64,000 nt of DNA from Candidatus Omnitrophota bacterium (GTDB lineage Bacteria; Omnitrophota; Gorgyraeia; Aquiviventales; Aquiviventaceae). The DNA is taken from NCBI GenBank assembly GCA_023247255.1, contig JAHFGV010000010.1, positions 2,830 to 66,829 of the forward strand, written 5' to 3'. Below, one piece after another: positions 37,820 through 48,150 of this stretch. The notes below the pieces were generated by a model. It searched no databases and was not told the DNA's origin. It was given only the letters and a program-made list of their open reading frames with translations. Position 1 is the stretch's first letter. The number at the start of each line of letters is the position of its first letter. A program made the translations under genes and the position numbers.

Positions 37820-38854
37820 ATGGCACTGCGGGTCGGACTGACGTATAACGTAAAAAGCGAACTCATTCTTAAACCCACTGATCCGCCGGATCTCAACGCG
37901 GAACTGGATCATGAGGATACCGTTAATCATATCGAGCAGGCCTTCCGCGAAGCGGGCTATGAAGTGGCGCGGATGGGTGGGGCACGGCGTCTGTTGGAGC
38001 ACATGGACCGGCCGAACGTGGACATCGTCTTCAACATTGCGGAAGGCTATGAAGGCAGAAATCGAGAATCCCAGGTGCCGATTCTGCTTGAGATGATGAA
38101 GATTCCTTTCGTAGGTGCCGACGGCTTGACCCTGGGGCTTACCTTGGACAAGGTGCTGACGAAAAAAGTGTTGATCGCTGAGGGGATCCCCACCCCACGC
38201 TATGCACAGGTGCAAGATCCCGACGCGCTTTGGCAGGTGGAGCTTGCGTATCCACTCATTGTCAAACTCCGCTGCGAGGGATCCAGCAAAGGTCTCAGCG
38301 AGCAGTCCTTGGTCAACGGTCCCGAAGACCTTCGTCGACAGGTGCGTTGGCTCATAGAGACCTACAAGGGGTCTTCGGTGTTCATAGAAGAGTTCATCGA
38401 AGGGCAGGAGTTTACAGTAGCCGTCATTGGCAATGATCCACCGGAAGCCTATCCTGTATGTCAAATAGCGCTCGATGGAAAGATTGACTTGGGGCGAAAG
38501 TTTTTTACGTGGGCATACCTGCGCTCAGGTGCCGATTACATTTGTCCCGCACGCATTCCCGATTCCCTCGCCAGGCGGATGCAGGAACTGTCCCTGCGCA
38601 CGTATCAGGCGGTGGATTGTCGTGATTTCGGGCGTGTCGATTTCCGCGTGGACAGTCATGCTCAGCCCTATGTCTTGGAGATCAATCCCCTGCCGTCTTT
38701 GTCGATGGAAGACGTGTTTAACATCATCGCGAAGGCTCGCGGTATCACCCACCACCAGATGATCACGAAGATTCTGGATGCAGCCCTGATGCGTCATGGA
38801 CTGAAGACCCAACACGAGGTGAACTCCCCATCAAATCCTACGCGATCGCTTTGA
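37820..38854 (+). CDS. D-Ala-D-Ala ligase-like ATP-grasp protein 1
   Basis: FNIAEG..RESQVP, LDKVLTK, EGSSKG, EEFIEG, RVDFR, EINPLP. Confidence 0.9.
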   Translation: MALRVGLTYNVKSELILKPTDPPDLNAELDHEDTVNHIEQAFREAGYEVARMGGARRLLEHMDRPNVDIVFNIAEGYEGRNRESQVPILLEMMKIPFVGADGLTLGLTLDKVLTKKVLIAEGIPTPRYAQVQDPDALWQVELAYPLIVKLRCEGSSKGLSEQSLVNGPEDLRRQVRWLIETYKGSSVFIEEFIEGQEFTVAVIGNDPPEAYPVCQIALDGKIDLGRKFFTWAYLRSGADYICPARIPDSLARRMQELSLRTYQAVDCRDFGRVDFRVDSHAQPYVLEINPLPSLSMEDVFNIIAKARGITHHQMITKILDAALMRHGLKTQHEVNSPSNPTRSL

Positions 38855-40254
38855 CCTATAATCTGAAGCGTGCCGGCTTTGCACAAGACGGATTGCCCGT
38901 CGACGTGGATTCCGAGTTCGACAGCCCGAAGACTATCGATAGGATCGTCCAAGGTCTCAAGGCAGGCGGGCATACCGTTTATCTTGTCGAGGCCACACAC
39001 GATTTTCCCCGTTGGTTTTTGACCCACCCAGTGGACATGGTTTTCAATATCGCCGAAGGCATCCACGGAGAGCATCGCGAATCGCAGGTGCCGGCAGTTC
39101 TGGAATCACTGGGTGTGCCTTTTACAGGGTCCAACAGCGTCACCCTCGCCCTTGCCTTGGATAAAGCCAAGACGAAACAGATTCTGGCTTCCGAAGGCAT
39201 TCCCACCCCTGCCTGGCAGTTGTTTCATTCCCCGACCGCCGCGTTGAATCCACAGCTTGAGTTTCCGCTGATCGTCAAACCCAATCGTGAAGGCTCGGCC
39301 AAAGGCATCTGGCGAGAGAGCGTTGTCGGGGATGAAGCCTCGCTGCGTTGCCAAATCGCCCACATCTACGATCGCTATCAGCAAGAGGTTTTGGTGGAAG
39401 AATTTATTCAGGGCCTTGAGTTGACCGTAGGGGTTCTGGGCGATACGGCGCTTCCGGTTCTGGAAATCGACTTCAGTCCATGTCGTGCCTCAGGAGAATA
39501 TTTCTATTCCTGGCGCATGAAAGAATTTCAAGGCAACGCCGAATTGGCTTTGAGCCCGGAGTTTTACTGTCCCGCTCGATTGGATCAAAAAACCGCGATT
39601 CGGATTCAGGAACTCACCCTGCGCGCCCACCACGCTTTAAGATGTCAGGATATTTCCAGAACCGATATCCGCCTGCGCTCCGATGGGATCCCCTTCGTTT
39701 TGGAAGTCAACCCTTTACCGGGTCTTGATCCGCTGGATAGCAACTTCCCCGTGATGGCGCGTGCGGCAGGATTCTCCCATGAGCGGCTCATCCAAAGGAT
39801 TGTGGATCTAGCCATATGTCGGTTTCAGAAAACGCGACTCCAGCAATCTGGCTGCATCAACCCCCCGGTTGTTCAATCAACGCCCTTTAAGGTATCCGCT
39901 AATGTCTGTGCAGAGGCTTGCTGTCTGCCGCCGGCAGAGGCATCCAGAGTCTTTCCGGTTTCAATAAGTCGCGCGCCCGCTTACCAACAACCGGTGCCAG
40001 GACTATTCAGTCGCGGCGCTTCACGGGATTCCACTGACCGAGGGGAAATTTCAGCGCCGAACATCCGATCTATAGAATCCGCCCCGCTGTCGATAGATGT
40101 AGAAGTACAGAGAATGAGCTCTGTCGTTCGAGGAGACGACAGGCAGCGGTGCATTCACATGGCCACACCCCAACTGGGGGTGTCGACGGTTTCCACCGAT
40201 TATCCTGAGGCCCAGACAACGTCGGGTGTGGCAAGAAGGGAGGATATATCGTGA
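38830..40254 (+). CDS. D-Ala-D-Ala ligase-like ATP-grasp protein 2 with long C-terminal extension (start uncertain: ATC 38830 or TTG 38851)
   Basis: Paralogous motifs FNIAEG..RESQVP, EGSAKG, EVNPLPG. Confidence 0.85.
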   Translation: MKSYAIALTYNLKRAGFAQDGLPVDVDSEFDSPKTIDRIVQGLKAGGHTVYLVEATHDFPRWFLTHPVDMVFNIAEGIHGEHRESQVPAVLESLGVPFTGSNSVTLALALDKAKTKQILASEGIPTPAWQLFHSPTAALNPQLEFPLIVKPNREGSAKGIWRESVVGDEASLRCQIAHIYDRYQQEVLVEEFIQGLELTVGVLGDTALPVLEIDFSPCRASGEYFYSWRMKEFQGNAELALSPEFYCPARLDQKTAIRIQELTLRAHHALRCQDISRTDIRLRSDGIPFVLEVNPLPGLDPLDSNFPVMARAAGFSHERLIQRIVDLAICRFQKTRLQQSGCINPPVVQSTPFKVSANVCAEACCLPPAEASRVFPVSISRAPAYQQPVPGLFSRGASRDSTDRGEISAPNIRSIESAPLSIDVEVQRMSSVVRGDDRQRCIHMATPQLGVSTVSTDYPEAQTTSGVARREDIS

Positions 40255-41429
40255 ACGGGGAAACTTATCGACGGATCCCACTCTGGAAGGACGTTCCCTT
40301 AGAGGAATGGGAGACCTACCGGTGGCAAATGGCCAACCGGGTTCAGACAGTGGATGTGTTGCGTCAGATCATTCAACTCACGCCATCCGAGGAGGCTGCG
40401 GTCACCCGCCGCTCGGGTCGTTTCATCATGGCTATTCCTCCGTACTGGGCAGCCCTGATGGATCCGGAAGATACAATGTGTCCCATTCGTCGACAGGCCG
40501 TTCCTGTAGAGGACGAATATCGCTTGAGCCCCAACGATTTGATTGATCCCTTGGCTGAGGATAGCCACATGCCGGTGCCGGGCTTGGTCCACCGTTATCC
40601 AGACCGCGTGCTGCTTCTGGTGGTTGAGGTGTGCGCGATGTACTGTCGCTTTTGTACGCGCAGTCGGGTAGTCGGCACAAGCGCTGGATTTAGCAAATCG
40701 GCCAACATTGATCAGGCCATTGAGTACATCAAAACCCATCGTAAGATCCGAGACGTGTTGATCTCCGGAGGGGATCCGCTGACGCTTTCTGATGAGCGGT
40801 TGGACGAGATCCTTGGGAAATTGCGGGCGATCCCTCATGTGGAATTTATCCGAATCGGCACGCGCAACCCGGTGACCTTACCCTATCGAATCACCGAGTC
40901 GTTCTGCCAGGTGGTTAAGAAGCACAAGCCGATTTGGATGAGCCTTCACTTCAACCATCCCAAAGAAGTGACCCCTCCCGTCAAAAGGGCGTGCAACCTA
41001 TTGGCGGATAGCGGCATTCCCTTGGGTTCCCAGACGGTTCTTTTGAAGGGAATCAACGACCGTCCTGCGATTATGAAGAAGTTGCTTCATGAGCTGTTGA
41101 AGATTCGCGTGCGCCCCTACTACATTTACCAGTGCGATCCGGTGAAAGGCACTGCGCACTTCCGCACTCCTGTATCGGCGGGAATACAGGTCATCGAGAA
41201 ACTGCGAGGACATACGACCGGTTATGCCGTGCCCACTTTCGTTATCGATGGCCCAGGTGGAGGCGGCAAGATCCCGATGATGCCCAACTATGTAGTCAGT
41301 GTGAAAGACGGCGTGTGGGTATTGCGTAACTATGCAGGCAAGCTATTTTCTTATAAAGAAGAGTCCAACGGCCACGGCGAGCGTCCACGCACGGCGGAGA
41401 TTGAACCGTCTTACGCGCTGAATCATTGA
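40251..41429 (+). CDS. kamA: KamA-family radical SAM aminomutase (lysine 2,3-aminomutase-like)
   Basis: HRYPDR, CAMYCRFC, SGGDPL, HFNHP, PGGGGKIP (PLP lysine). Confidence 0.88.
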   Translation: MNGETYRRIPLWKDVPLEEWETYRWQMANRVQTVDVLRQIIQLTPSEEAAVTRRSGRFIMAIPPYWAALMDPEDTMCPIRRQAVPVEDEYRLSPNDLIDPLAEDSHMPVPGLVHRYPDRVLLLVVEVCAMYCRFCTRSRVVGTSAGFSKSANIDQAIEYIKTHRKIRDVLISGGDPLTLSDERLDEILGKLRAIPHVEFIRIGTRNPVTLPYRITESFCQVVKKHKPIWMSLHFNHPKEVTPPVKRACNLLADSGIPLGSQTVLLKGINDRPAIMKKLLHELLKIRVRPYYIYQCDPVKGTAHFRTPVSAGIQVIEKLRGHTTGYAVPTFVIDGPGGGGKIPMMPNYVVSVKDGVWVLRNYAGKLFSYKEESNGHGERPRTAEIEPSYALNH

Positions 41430-41558
41430 GAGCCGTTAAGTAGTTGGGTGGATACTTACCGATGACGCCTCGCTCCCTCAATGCCTGGAGCGAGGCGTTT
41501 GGTTTCCAAAGAAGCAACGACAGGTAGTCGGATGAAATTTACGCAGCTTAGAGGGACG

Positions 41559-42128
41559 ATGTTTCGAGGAACTTTCTTTACCCGTTGGGTGATGGGACTG
41601 TGTCTTTTAAGCCTAAGCGGCTGCGGTCCCTTTAAGCGTGAAGAACTGGTCCAGGAGATTATCAAAGAAGACCCGGGATTTGCTCAGGTGTTGGACAAGC
41701 ATAAGGAACTGTCCAGCCGCATCGCAACCTATGAGCGTGAGTTGGAGTTGAAACGCAGTACGGTGGATCGGAAAATCGCCCAATTGCATCAAGAGCTGGC
41801 TGAGGCGGCGAAGGTAGCGAAGCAGAAAATATCTGAGGTGAAACGGTTGATTAACCCGGACCGAATCCGTCTCGAACAGGCGCTGTCGCTCGCAAGCAAA
41901 GAACTGAGAATCAAACAGACCCAGCGCTCGGAGCAAGGTCGATCCATTGCCAAATTGAGAAAGGTGGTGGAAGATAAAAACACTGCCTGGGATTCTAAAA
42001 CCAAGGCCCAGCAGAAAACCCAGTTGGAGGAGATGATTCAAGACTCCCAACGATTGGACAGGGAGATTACATCCCTCAGAGAACACATCAGGCGGCTCAA
42101 GCTCAAGCTCCTGTTGATCAAAATCTAA
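41559..42128 (+). CDS. Coiled-coil lipoprotein
   Basis: Lipobox LSGC; heptad-rich K/E/Q helix. Confidence 0.75.
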   Translation: MFRGTFFTRWVMGLCLLSLSGCGPFKREELVQEIIKEDPGFAQVLDKHKELSSRIATYERELELKRSTVDRKIAQLHQELAEAAKVAKQKISEVKRLINPDRIRLEQALSLASKELRIKQTQRSEQGRSIAKLRKVVEDKNTAWDSKTKAQQKTQLEEMIQDSQRLDREITSLREHIRRLKLKLLLIKI

Positions 42129-42367
42129 TACAAACGAATTATCCCCGGGCATTGTCGCGTTAGAGCATTCGTTTGTATTAGCTTTCCTCCATCTTTTCTC
42201 AGCCGCACGTCTATTCTTGTGGGGTTCCATCCCCGATCCGACAAAACGGATCGGCAAGAACATCCCATCCACACGATTGAGGAGGCACATCCTGGTCCCA
42301 CGCCAAAGGCCATGGCCCTATAGCGGTGTAGATTTCGAGCGAGTGGTGATGTTACAATGATTCCGTC

Positions 42368-43879
42368 ATGGCTCAGTTTCCTCTTCGACGTATCCTATTG
42401 GGTTCCTTGACCGTCTATCTCCAGCCGAACGATTCCTGTCCGGATCTGGAATCGTGGCTCTCGCTGTTGCCAGAAACGATGCCTGTCGTGTGGCTGGACA
42501 GCGCCCGATTGCATCCGATTACTGGCCGATGGTCGATACTGGCCTACGATCCGTGGCTGCGTTTGACTGCCCATGACGATGCGATTGAGCTGCGGACCCA
42601 CAACGATTGCATCCGTTGGCGGGGCAATCCCCTGGAGGCCTTGCGGCGGGTCCTGCGACGGTATTCGAAGACTTCTACCGACGTACCGGCTCCTCTGCAT
42701 ACAATCGGGCTGCTTGGATATTTCAGTTACGAGCTGAATGGATGGATCGAAGATGGGCTCCGGAGAGGGAGGTTTTCCAAAGACGCCTCCATTCCGGACA
42801 TGATGTGGTGGGCAATGAGACAGATGGTCGTCATCGACCATTGGCAAAAACGCAGTTGGCTTGTGAGTGTGGTGGACCCCAATCTGCCTTTCGCGGCAGC
42901 TCGCCGCCAGGCGCTTGAAGCCATGACTCAGGCGCAGGAATATCTAACGGTGTGTTCTACACAGGGGAGCGAAAGTAAAAATCATCCCGACGCCGTCGTA
43001 GAAAGCCAATCCACACCCGTTGCCATAGAGCCAATGATGACTCAGGCTGAGTTTGAGTCCATGGTGAAACAGGCCCTGGAATTCATACGCGCGGGGGAGA
43101 TTTTCCAAGCCAATGTCTCTCAGCGTTTCAGTGCCTCTTGGTCTGGTAAGGCTGGGGATTTGTATGGTGCGTTGAGGCGGATCAATCCTTCTCCTTTTTG
43201 CTGTTTTCTTTCGTGTGAAGACCTGAAGGTCGTGAGTTGTTCGCCGGAACGTTTAGTCCGTGTCTGCGAGCGAAGGGTTTCCACCCGTCCCATTGCTGGC
43301 ACTCGATCTCGGGGATTGAGTCCGGAAGCAGACGCCATCCAAAGCCTCGAGCTTCTGATCAGCGAGAAAGAACGCGCGGAACACATCATGTTGGTCGATC
43401 TGGCTCGCAACGATTTGGCTCGCGTGTGTGACGTGGGAACGGTGGCCGTCGATGATTTGATGGGCCTTGAGGAATATTCGCATGTGATCCATATCGTGTC
43501 GAACGTCGGAGGCCGTTTGCGTCAGGGCGTGGATGCGGTGGATGTGGTACGGGCCGTCTTTCCGGGAGGGACGATCACAGGCTGCCCCAAGGTTCGCTGT
43601 ATGCAGATCCTCCAAGATTTAGAGCCTGTTCCTCGCGGCCTCTATACAGGTTCCCTCGGTTACTTGGGCTTTACAGGAGCGATGGATCTGAACATTGCCA
43701 TCCGGACGATGGTGATCCCAGGCACCCAGTTATCCTTTCACGTGGGATCCGGTATCGTAGCGGATTCGGATCCTACGCGTGAGTATCAAGAAACCCTGGC
43801 CAAGGCTGGCGCACTCGTAGAGGCATTGCGTCGTGAGGCGAACGCTAGAGAAATCATTACAGATGCCAAAAGTGGTTGA
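42368..43879 (+). CDS. pabB: Aminodeoxychorismate/anthranilate synthase component I
   Basis: GEIFQAN, NPSPF, SPER, PIAGT, EHIMLVDLARND, FPGGTITGCPK; next to a class-IV aminotransferase. Confidence 0.8.
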   Translation: MAQFPLRRILLGSLTVYLQPNDSCPDLESWLSLLPETMPVVWLDSARLHPITGRWSILAYDPWLRLTAHDDAIELRTHNDCIRWRGNPLEALRRVLRRYSKTSTDVPAPLHTIGLLGYFSYELNGWIEDGLRRGRFSKDASIPDMMWWAMRQMVVIDHWQKRSWLVSVVDPNLPFAAARRQALEAMTQAQEYLTVCSTQGSESKNHPDAVVESQSTPVAIEPMMTQAEFESMVKQALEFIRAGEIFQANVSQRFSASWSGKAGDLYGALRRINPSPFCCFLSCEDLKVVSCSPERLVRVCERRVSTRPIAGTRSRGLSPEADAIQSLELLISEKERAEHIMLVDLARNDLARVCDVGTVAVDDLMGLEEYSHVIHIVSNVGGRLRQGVDAVDVVRAVFPGGTITGCPKVRCMQILQDLEPVPRGLYTGSLGYLGFTGAMDLNIAIRTMVIPGTQLSFHVGSGIVADSDPTREYQETLAKAGALVEALRREANAREIITDAKSG

Positions 43880-44726
43880 GCCACGATACGGGAATCTGCC
43901 GGATGAGACCGGATCCAATGGCTGTTTTGAAACCATGCGGGTCTATCGAAAAAAAGTGTTCCGGTTGGACGCTCATCTGGATCGGCTCTATGCTTCGGCT
44001 AAATTCCTGGGAACTGCGGTTCCGAAGCGTGAAGATCTGCGAGCCCGATTGCTGAAACGCTTGAAGCAATCGCAGTTGGCCGAGGCTGTGCTGCGGGTGG
44101 CTTTAATTCCGCGATCCGACGGATCTTTGGGTAACCGGAGGCTTTTTTCATCCACGGCTCCACAAGGGTTGATTTCTATCGTGGTCCAACCGGTGATATT
44201 GCCTCCCGCTTCCGTTTATCGTCAGGGCGTGCATGTAGCGGTTGTGCCGACGCGTAAGTTTCCCGTAAGCATCGTCGATCCCCAGGCGAAATATTCGGCA
44301 CGATTAGGCAGTGTGCTGGCGATTATGGATGCCCAGCTTCGCACAGTGGATGAAGCTTTGTTTACGGACGCCACCGGCTATGTAACGGAGAGCACAGCCA
44401 GCAACTTCGGCATCATTCGCAAAGGAGCGATGTTCAGTTCTCCCTGTTGGGTTGGGCTGCTGTCCGGTATCACTCGGGACGTGCTTCGAGAGATCGCACA
44501 GTCTCTGGACGTTCCTTTCCATGAGGTTCCCTTGACACGGCACGATCTGTATGTTGCCGATGAGGCCTTTCTGTCCAGTACCCTCAAGGAAATTCTGCCA
44601 GTCGTTTCTATCGATGGCCGTCGCATTGGGACAGGGTGGCCCGGTCCAATCAGTCGAGCTTTGCACCGTGCCTTTCGTGAGCTTATCCGGTCGGAAACGC
44701 ACCGCGCTCAAGGATGCCGGGGGTAA
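43863..44726 (+). CDS. Class IV aminotransferase (PabC/IlvE-like)
   Basis: FETMR, HLDRL, ESTASN, LSGITR, ADEAFLSST. Confidence 0.88.
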   Translation: MPKVVEPRYGNLPDETGSNGCFETMRVYRKKVFRLDAHLDRLYASAKFLGTAVPKREDLRARLLKRLKQSQLAEAVLRVALIPRSDGSLGNRRLFSSTAPQGLISIVVQPVILPPASVYRQGVHVAVVPTRKFPVSIVDPQAKYSARLGSVLAIMDAQLRTVDEALFTDATGYVTESTASNFGIIRKGAMFSSPCWVGLLSGITRDVLREIAQSLDVPFHEVPLTRHDLYVADEAFLSSTLKEILPVVSIDGRRIGTGWPGPISRALHRAFRELIRSETHRAQGCRG

Positions 44727-44731
44727 TTCGG

Positions 44732-46360
44732 ATGGTAGTCATTAAAAGGGCTTTGTTGAGCTGCTCGGATAAGACTCACTTGGAATCTTTCGCCGGAACC
44801 TTATCCACGTTGGGGATTGAGTTGGTGGCTTCCGGCGGTACTGCGGGTTTTCTGATCCAACGCGGCCTTTCTGTCACCACGGTTGAAGATTTCGCCGGAA
44901 TGGACGAGCAGTTGGACGGACGAGTGAAGACGTTGCACCCTAAAATTTATGCAGGCATCTTGGCCCGACGAGACGATCCGACCCATGTTCAATCGGTGGG
45001 CTCGCAGGGATTGATCGATCTGGTGGTGGTCAACCTCTATCCTTTCTGCGACGTATCTGGGCGAGCCCGCACGTCCCTCGAGGAGGCGATTGAGCAGATT
45101 GATATCGGTGGAGTTGCGCTTTTACGGGCGGCTGCCAAGAACTTCGTCCACGTCGCTGTTGTCTGCCAGGTTCAGCAATATGGGATGGTGGCGGCGGCAC
45201 TCCAAAAGGCCAATGGCCGGCTATCAGACAGCTTGAGCCGACAATTGGCCATCGAGGCCTTTCGACTCACCAGTCAGTATGACCAGGCAATCGCCGAATA
45301 CCTGAGCTTACAGCGAGAGCGTGAATCCAAAGCCGCTGAGCCCCTATCTATTTCTCCGACGCCGGTTGCATGTCCGGATCTGTTTTCGCTGAATTTACGC
45401 AAGCGTCAGACCTTGCGGTATGGAGAGAATCCTCATCAGAAAGGGGCATGGTATCTTTCGGATTCCGATTTTGTCTGGGGCTTGGCGACGCTCACTCAGT
45501 TGCAAGGAAAGGAGCTGTCGTATAATAACCTCCTCGACATCGATGGTACCTTTCGTTGTCTGTTGGAGTTTACCGAGTGCACCTGTGTGATCGTCAAGCA
45601 TCACACACCCTGTGGGGTTGCTTCGGGCGCGTCTTTGAGCCAGGCCTTTCAGAAAGCCTACGATGCGGATGCGGAATCTGCTTTTGGAGGCATCGTGGGG
45701 TTCAACCGACCCGTCGATGGCGCACTGGCTGAGCAGTTGAGCAGCCGTTTTTTTGAGGTGATCGTGGCACCGACCGTCGAGTCAGAGGCCCTGGAGCGGT
45801 TTTTGAAGAAACCAAACTTGCGTGTCGTCACCTTGGAGTGGCCAACGAGTATTCCTTCATCGTGGCAATGGCGCCAGCTTTCTGGAAGCTGGCTCTTGCA
45901 AGATCGGGACAAGACTGAGGAATCCGCAGATTCTTTTCGTGTAGCGACTCAGCGACAGCCGAGTCAACAGGAACGCATGGAGCTTCTGTTCGCCTGGAAG
46001 ATTGCCAAATGCGCGAAGTCCAACAGTGTCGTGATCGCCCGTCATCTCTCGACGCTGGGGATTGGCCAGGGACAACCCAGTCGTGTCGGTGCCGTTCGCG
46101 TGGCCATCGAGCATGCGAAACGGTGCATCGGGGATTCGATCCATCAGGCTGCGAAGAGCGCCGATGAGGGATCTTGTGATCCGGTGGCCGCCTCAGATGG
46201 ATTTTTCCCATTTCCGGATGGGGTAGAGCTGTTAGCGAAAGCAGGGGTGAAGGCGATCATTCAACCGGGCGGCTCTATCCGCGACCAGCAGGTGATCGAG
46301 TCCGCTGACCGTGCCCATATTGCCATGGTGTTTACAGGCACGCGACACTTCCGCCATTAA
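44732..46360 (+). CDS. purH: Bifunctional AICAR transformylase/IMP cyclohydrolase
   Basis: [38 protein letters not shown]. Confidence 0.97.
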   Translation: MVVIKRALLSCSDKTHLESFAGTLSTLGIELVASGGTAGFLIQRGLSVTTVEDFAGMDEQLDGRVKTLHPKIYAGILARRDDPTHVQSVGSQGLIDLVVVNLYPFCDVSGRARTSLEEAIEQIDIGGVALLRAAAKNFVHVAVVCQVQQYGMVAAALQKANGRLSDSLSRQLAIEAFRLTSQYDQAIAEYLSLQRERESKAAEPLSISPTPVACPDLFSLNLRKRQTLRYGENPHQKGAWYLSDSDFVWGLATLTQLQGKELSYNNLLDIDGTFRCLLEFTECTCVIVKHHTPCGVASGASLSQAFQKAYDADAESAFGGIVGFNRPVDGALAEQLSSRFFEVIVAPTVESEALERFLKKPNLRVVTLEWPTSIPSSWQWRQLSGSWLLQDRDKTEESADSFRVATQRQPSQQERMELLFAWKIAKCAKSNSVVIARHLSTLGIGQGQPSRVGAVRVAIEHAKRCIGDSIHQAAKSADEGSCDPVAASDGFFPFPDGVELLAKAGVKAIIQPGGSIRDQQVIESADRAHIAMVFTGTRHFRH

Positions 46361-47032
46361 CCGGCTAAGTACGGACAGATTTTTGATTCAGATGCTTCAG
46401 ACCCTAGCTGAAGACTTGCAGGTAGCGCTGACAGATGTCTGCTCCTTGAATGGCCGATGAGAACGAGTTATAGAAGCAAAAGGCCACTGACAGGTTTCAG
46501 AAATCTTATCCTGTCCGTTGCGTTTCTGCTTGTGCTTCTTGTCATAGGGCAAGTGGGTGGTGGCTTTTTAATGAGCATCCCCACGTTTCTTCTGAAACTT
46601 GTCCAGACAGCTTGATTCTGCGACATGCAACACCTGGACGGAGGTTAGTTGAAACACTTACCCTGGGTCAGGGAGTTGGCGAGCTTTGCCTGTGATAGCT
46701 TGGCCGTCAATGGCAATACGCACTACTATTTTCCTGCTGCCACATCTGCTGACTGTAGCCAGTGGGCCTATTTTCAGGGATCACGCTACAAGCCAGAGGA
46801 TCTGGCAGACACAATCGGGCTTTCGAAATGAACGGTACGGAGGGTGATATGCGGCGAAGTGTTTTTATCCAAAGTTACGGCTGACCGTATGTGCCGTTGG
46901 CGCGAGATGGCGTTGATGCTGCTGAAGAAGCTGAACAGGTTGGGGCAATAGTAATGTGGCACCGGAACCCATGCAGTACCTAAGCAGGCAAAGATGCGTA
47001 ACTCTGATGAACCTTGTCTCTATCGTGCCTAG

Positions 47033-47497
47033 ATGAAGGGTTTATCCTGGTCGAATATGCAATACACGATGAAGATAATGTTGCAAGGAGCCGGTTGTTT
47101 CTGGATTCCAGATATTGTCTTACATGCTCTCACCAGAGGAAGTTTCTCGGGCATACACGTGCTTATTATCTCAATTCTTCTGCCAATCTTGTGTATAGGA
47201 TGGCTGCTCTTTTACTGTCGTTGGAAGGATACCGCCGCGACTCCGATACGACTGGCTCTAGCAGCCGTCCTCGGCATTTGGTTTTTAGGTCCGCTGGCAA
47301 CGACAATTAGCTCAACGTTTTCGGGAGGTGGTTTTAGTCGATCCGTGGGGACATCTCTTGGTCTGGTCGGTATTGGAACAATCCTGTTCCCTCTATATAC
47401 GTTTATGATGTCGACTTACGATGGCACGCTGGGAGCGCTGGCTATTGTAACTATTAGTCTTCCTGTAGTCGGTGTATTTTCCTCAAGAAAAAGATGA
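47033..47497 (+). CDS. Hypothetical integral membrane protein
   Basis: Four to five hydrophobic segments; lower-GC region. Confidence 0.55.
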   Translation: MKGLSWSNMQYTMKIMLQGAGCFWIPDIVLHALTRGSFSGIHVLIISILLPILCIGWLLFYCRWKDTAATPIRLALAAVLGIWFLGPLATTISSTFSGGGFSRSVGTSLGLVGIGTILFPLYTFMMSTYDGTLGALAIVTISLPVVGVFSSRKR

Positions 47498-47586
47498 ACA
47501 AGCATATCTACGTCCAAACTTCAGCTGACTATTAAACGTGCGGGATTCGAAGGAGAGATCGAGACGGTTGGTGGAATGGGTGACTC

Positions 47587-48123
47587 ATGAACATTGAGGA
47601 AGCGTGGGATAAGGCGCGTCAGCAGACGGAGATTGTGCGGGTGCGCTTGCAGGATCTGGCCACCTTTGAGGCGACGGTGGTGCCGTACATCTTTCTTGCC
47701 GAGTCTTCACTCCATGCAGGCGACACCGTGATCCGTAAAGGCCAGGTGATGATCGAAAAACCGGCCATCCTCTTGCCGGGGCTATCGCCCCACTTTGAGG
47801 GTTTTGAATTTGCACAGGATTTGCATCTGAGTGAAGAGAGTGTGATGACGTTCCTGCTGATGCGCGGGGTGCAGTTTCCATCTATGAAGTACAAGCATCA
47901 ACTTTCCTCGCTCGATCTGATCGAAGGCTCGCTGCAACAGGCCCTGGGTCAGGTGGAAGACCAGTTGAAGCGCTCTGAGGATATCAGCACAGGCCTGGTG
48001 GTGGGTCCCGAGGAAGCCTGGCAGTTTTCCATCCTCCTTTTGGTTGGGGCATTAGTGGTGCGTTCGGCCGAAGGGGATCTCAGACGGATTCTGGAAGCGT
48101 GGCGTAAGCGCCAGCGATCTTAG
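47587..48123 (+). CDS. Hypothetical protein
   Basis: 178-aa ORF with host-like codon usage upstream of folC. Confidence 0.75.
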   Translation: MNIEEAWDKARQQTEIVRVRLQDLATFEATVVPYIFLAESSLHAGDTVIRKGQVMIEKPAILLPGLSPHFEGFEFAQDLHLSEESVMTFLLMRGVQFPSMKYKHQLSSLDLIEGSLQQALGQVEDQLKRSEDISTGLVVGPEEAWQFSILLLVGALVVRSAEGDLRRILEAWRKRQRS

Positions 48124-48150
48124 AAAAATACAAAGGGAGGCGGATGACGC

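Noticed and set aside
46361-47030. Short ORFs after purH
   Set aside because: No recognisable motif or RBS; probably decayed accessory DNA
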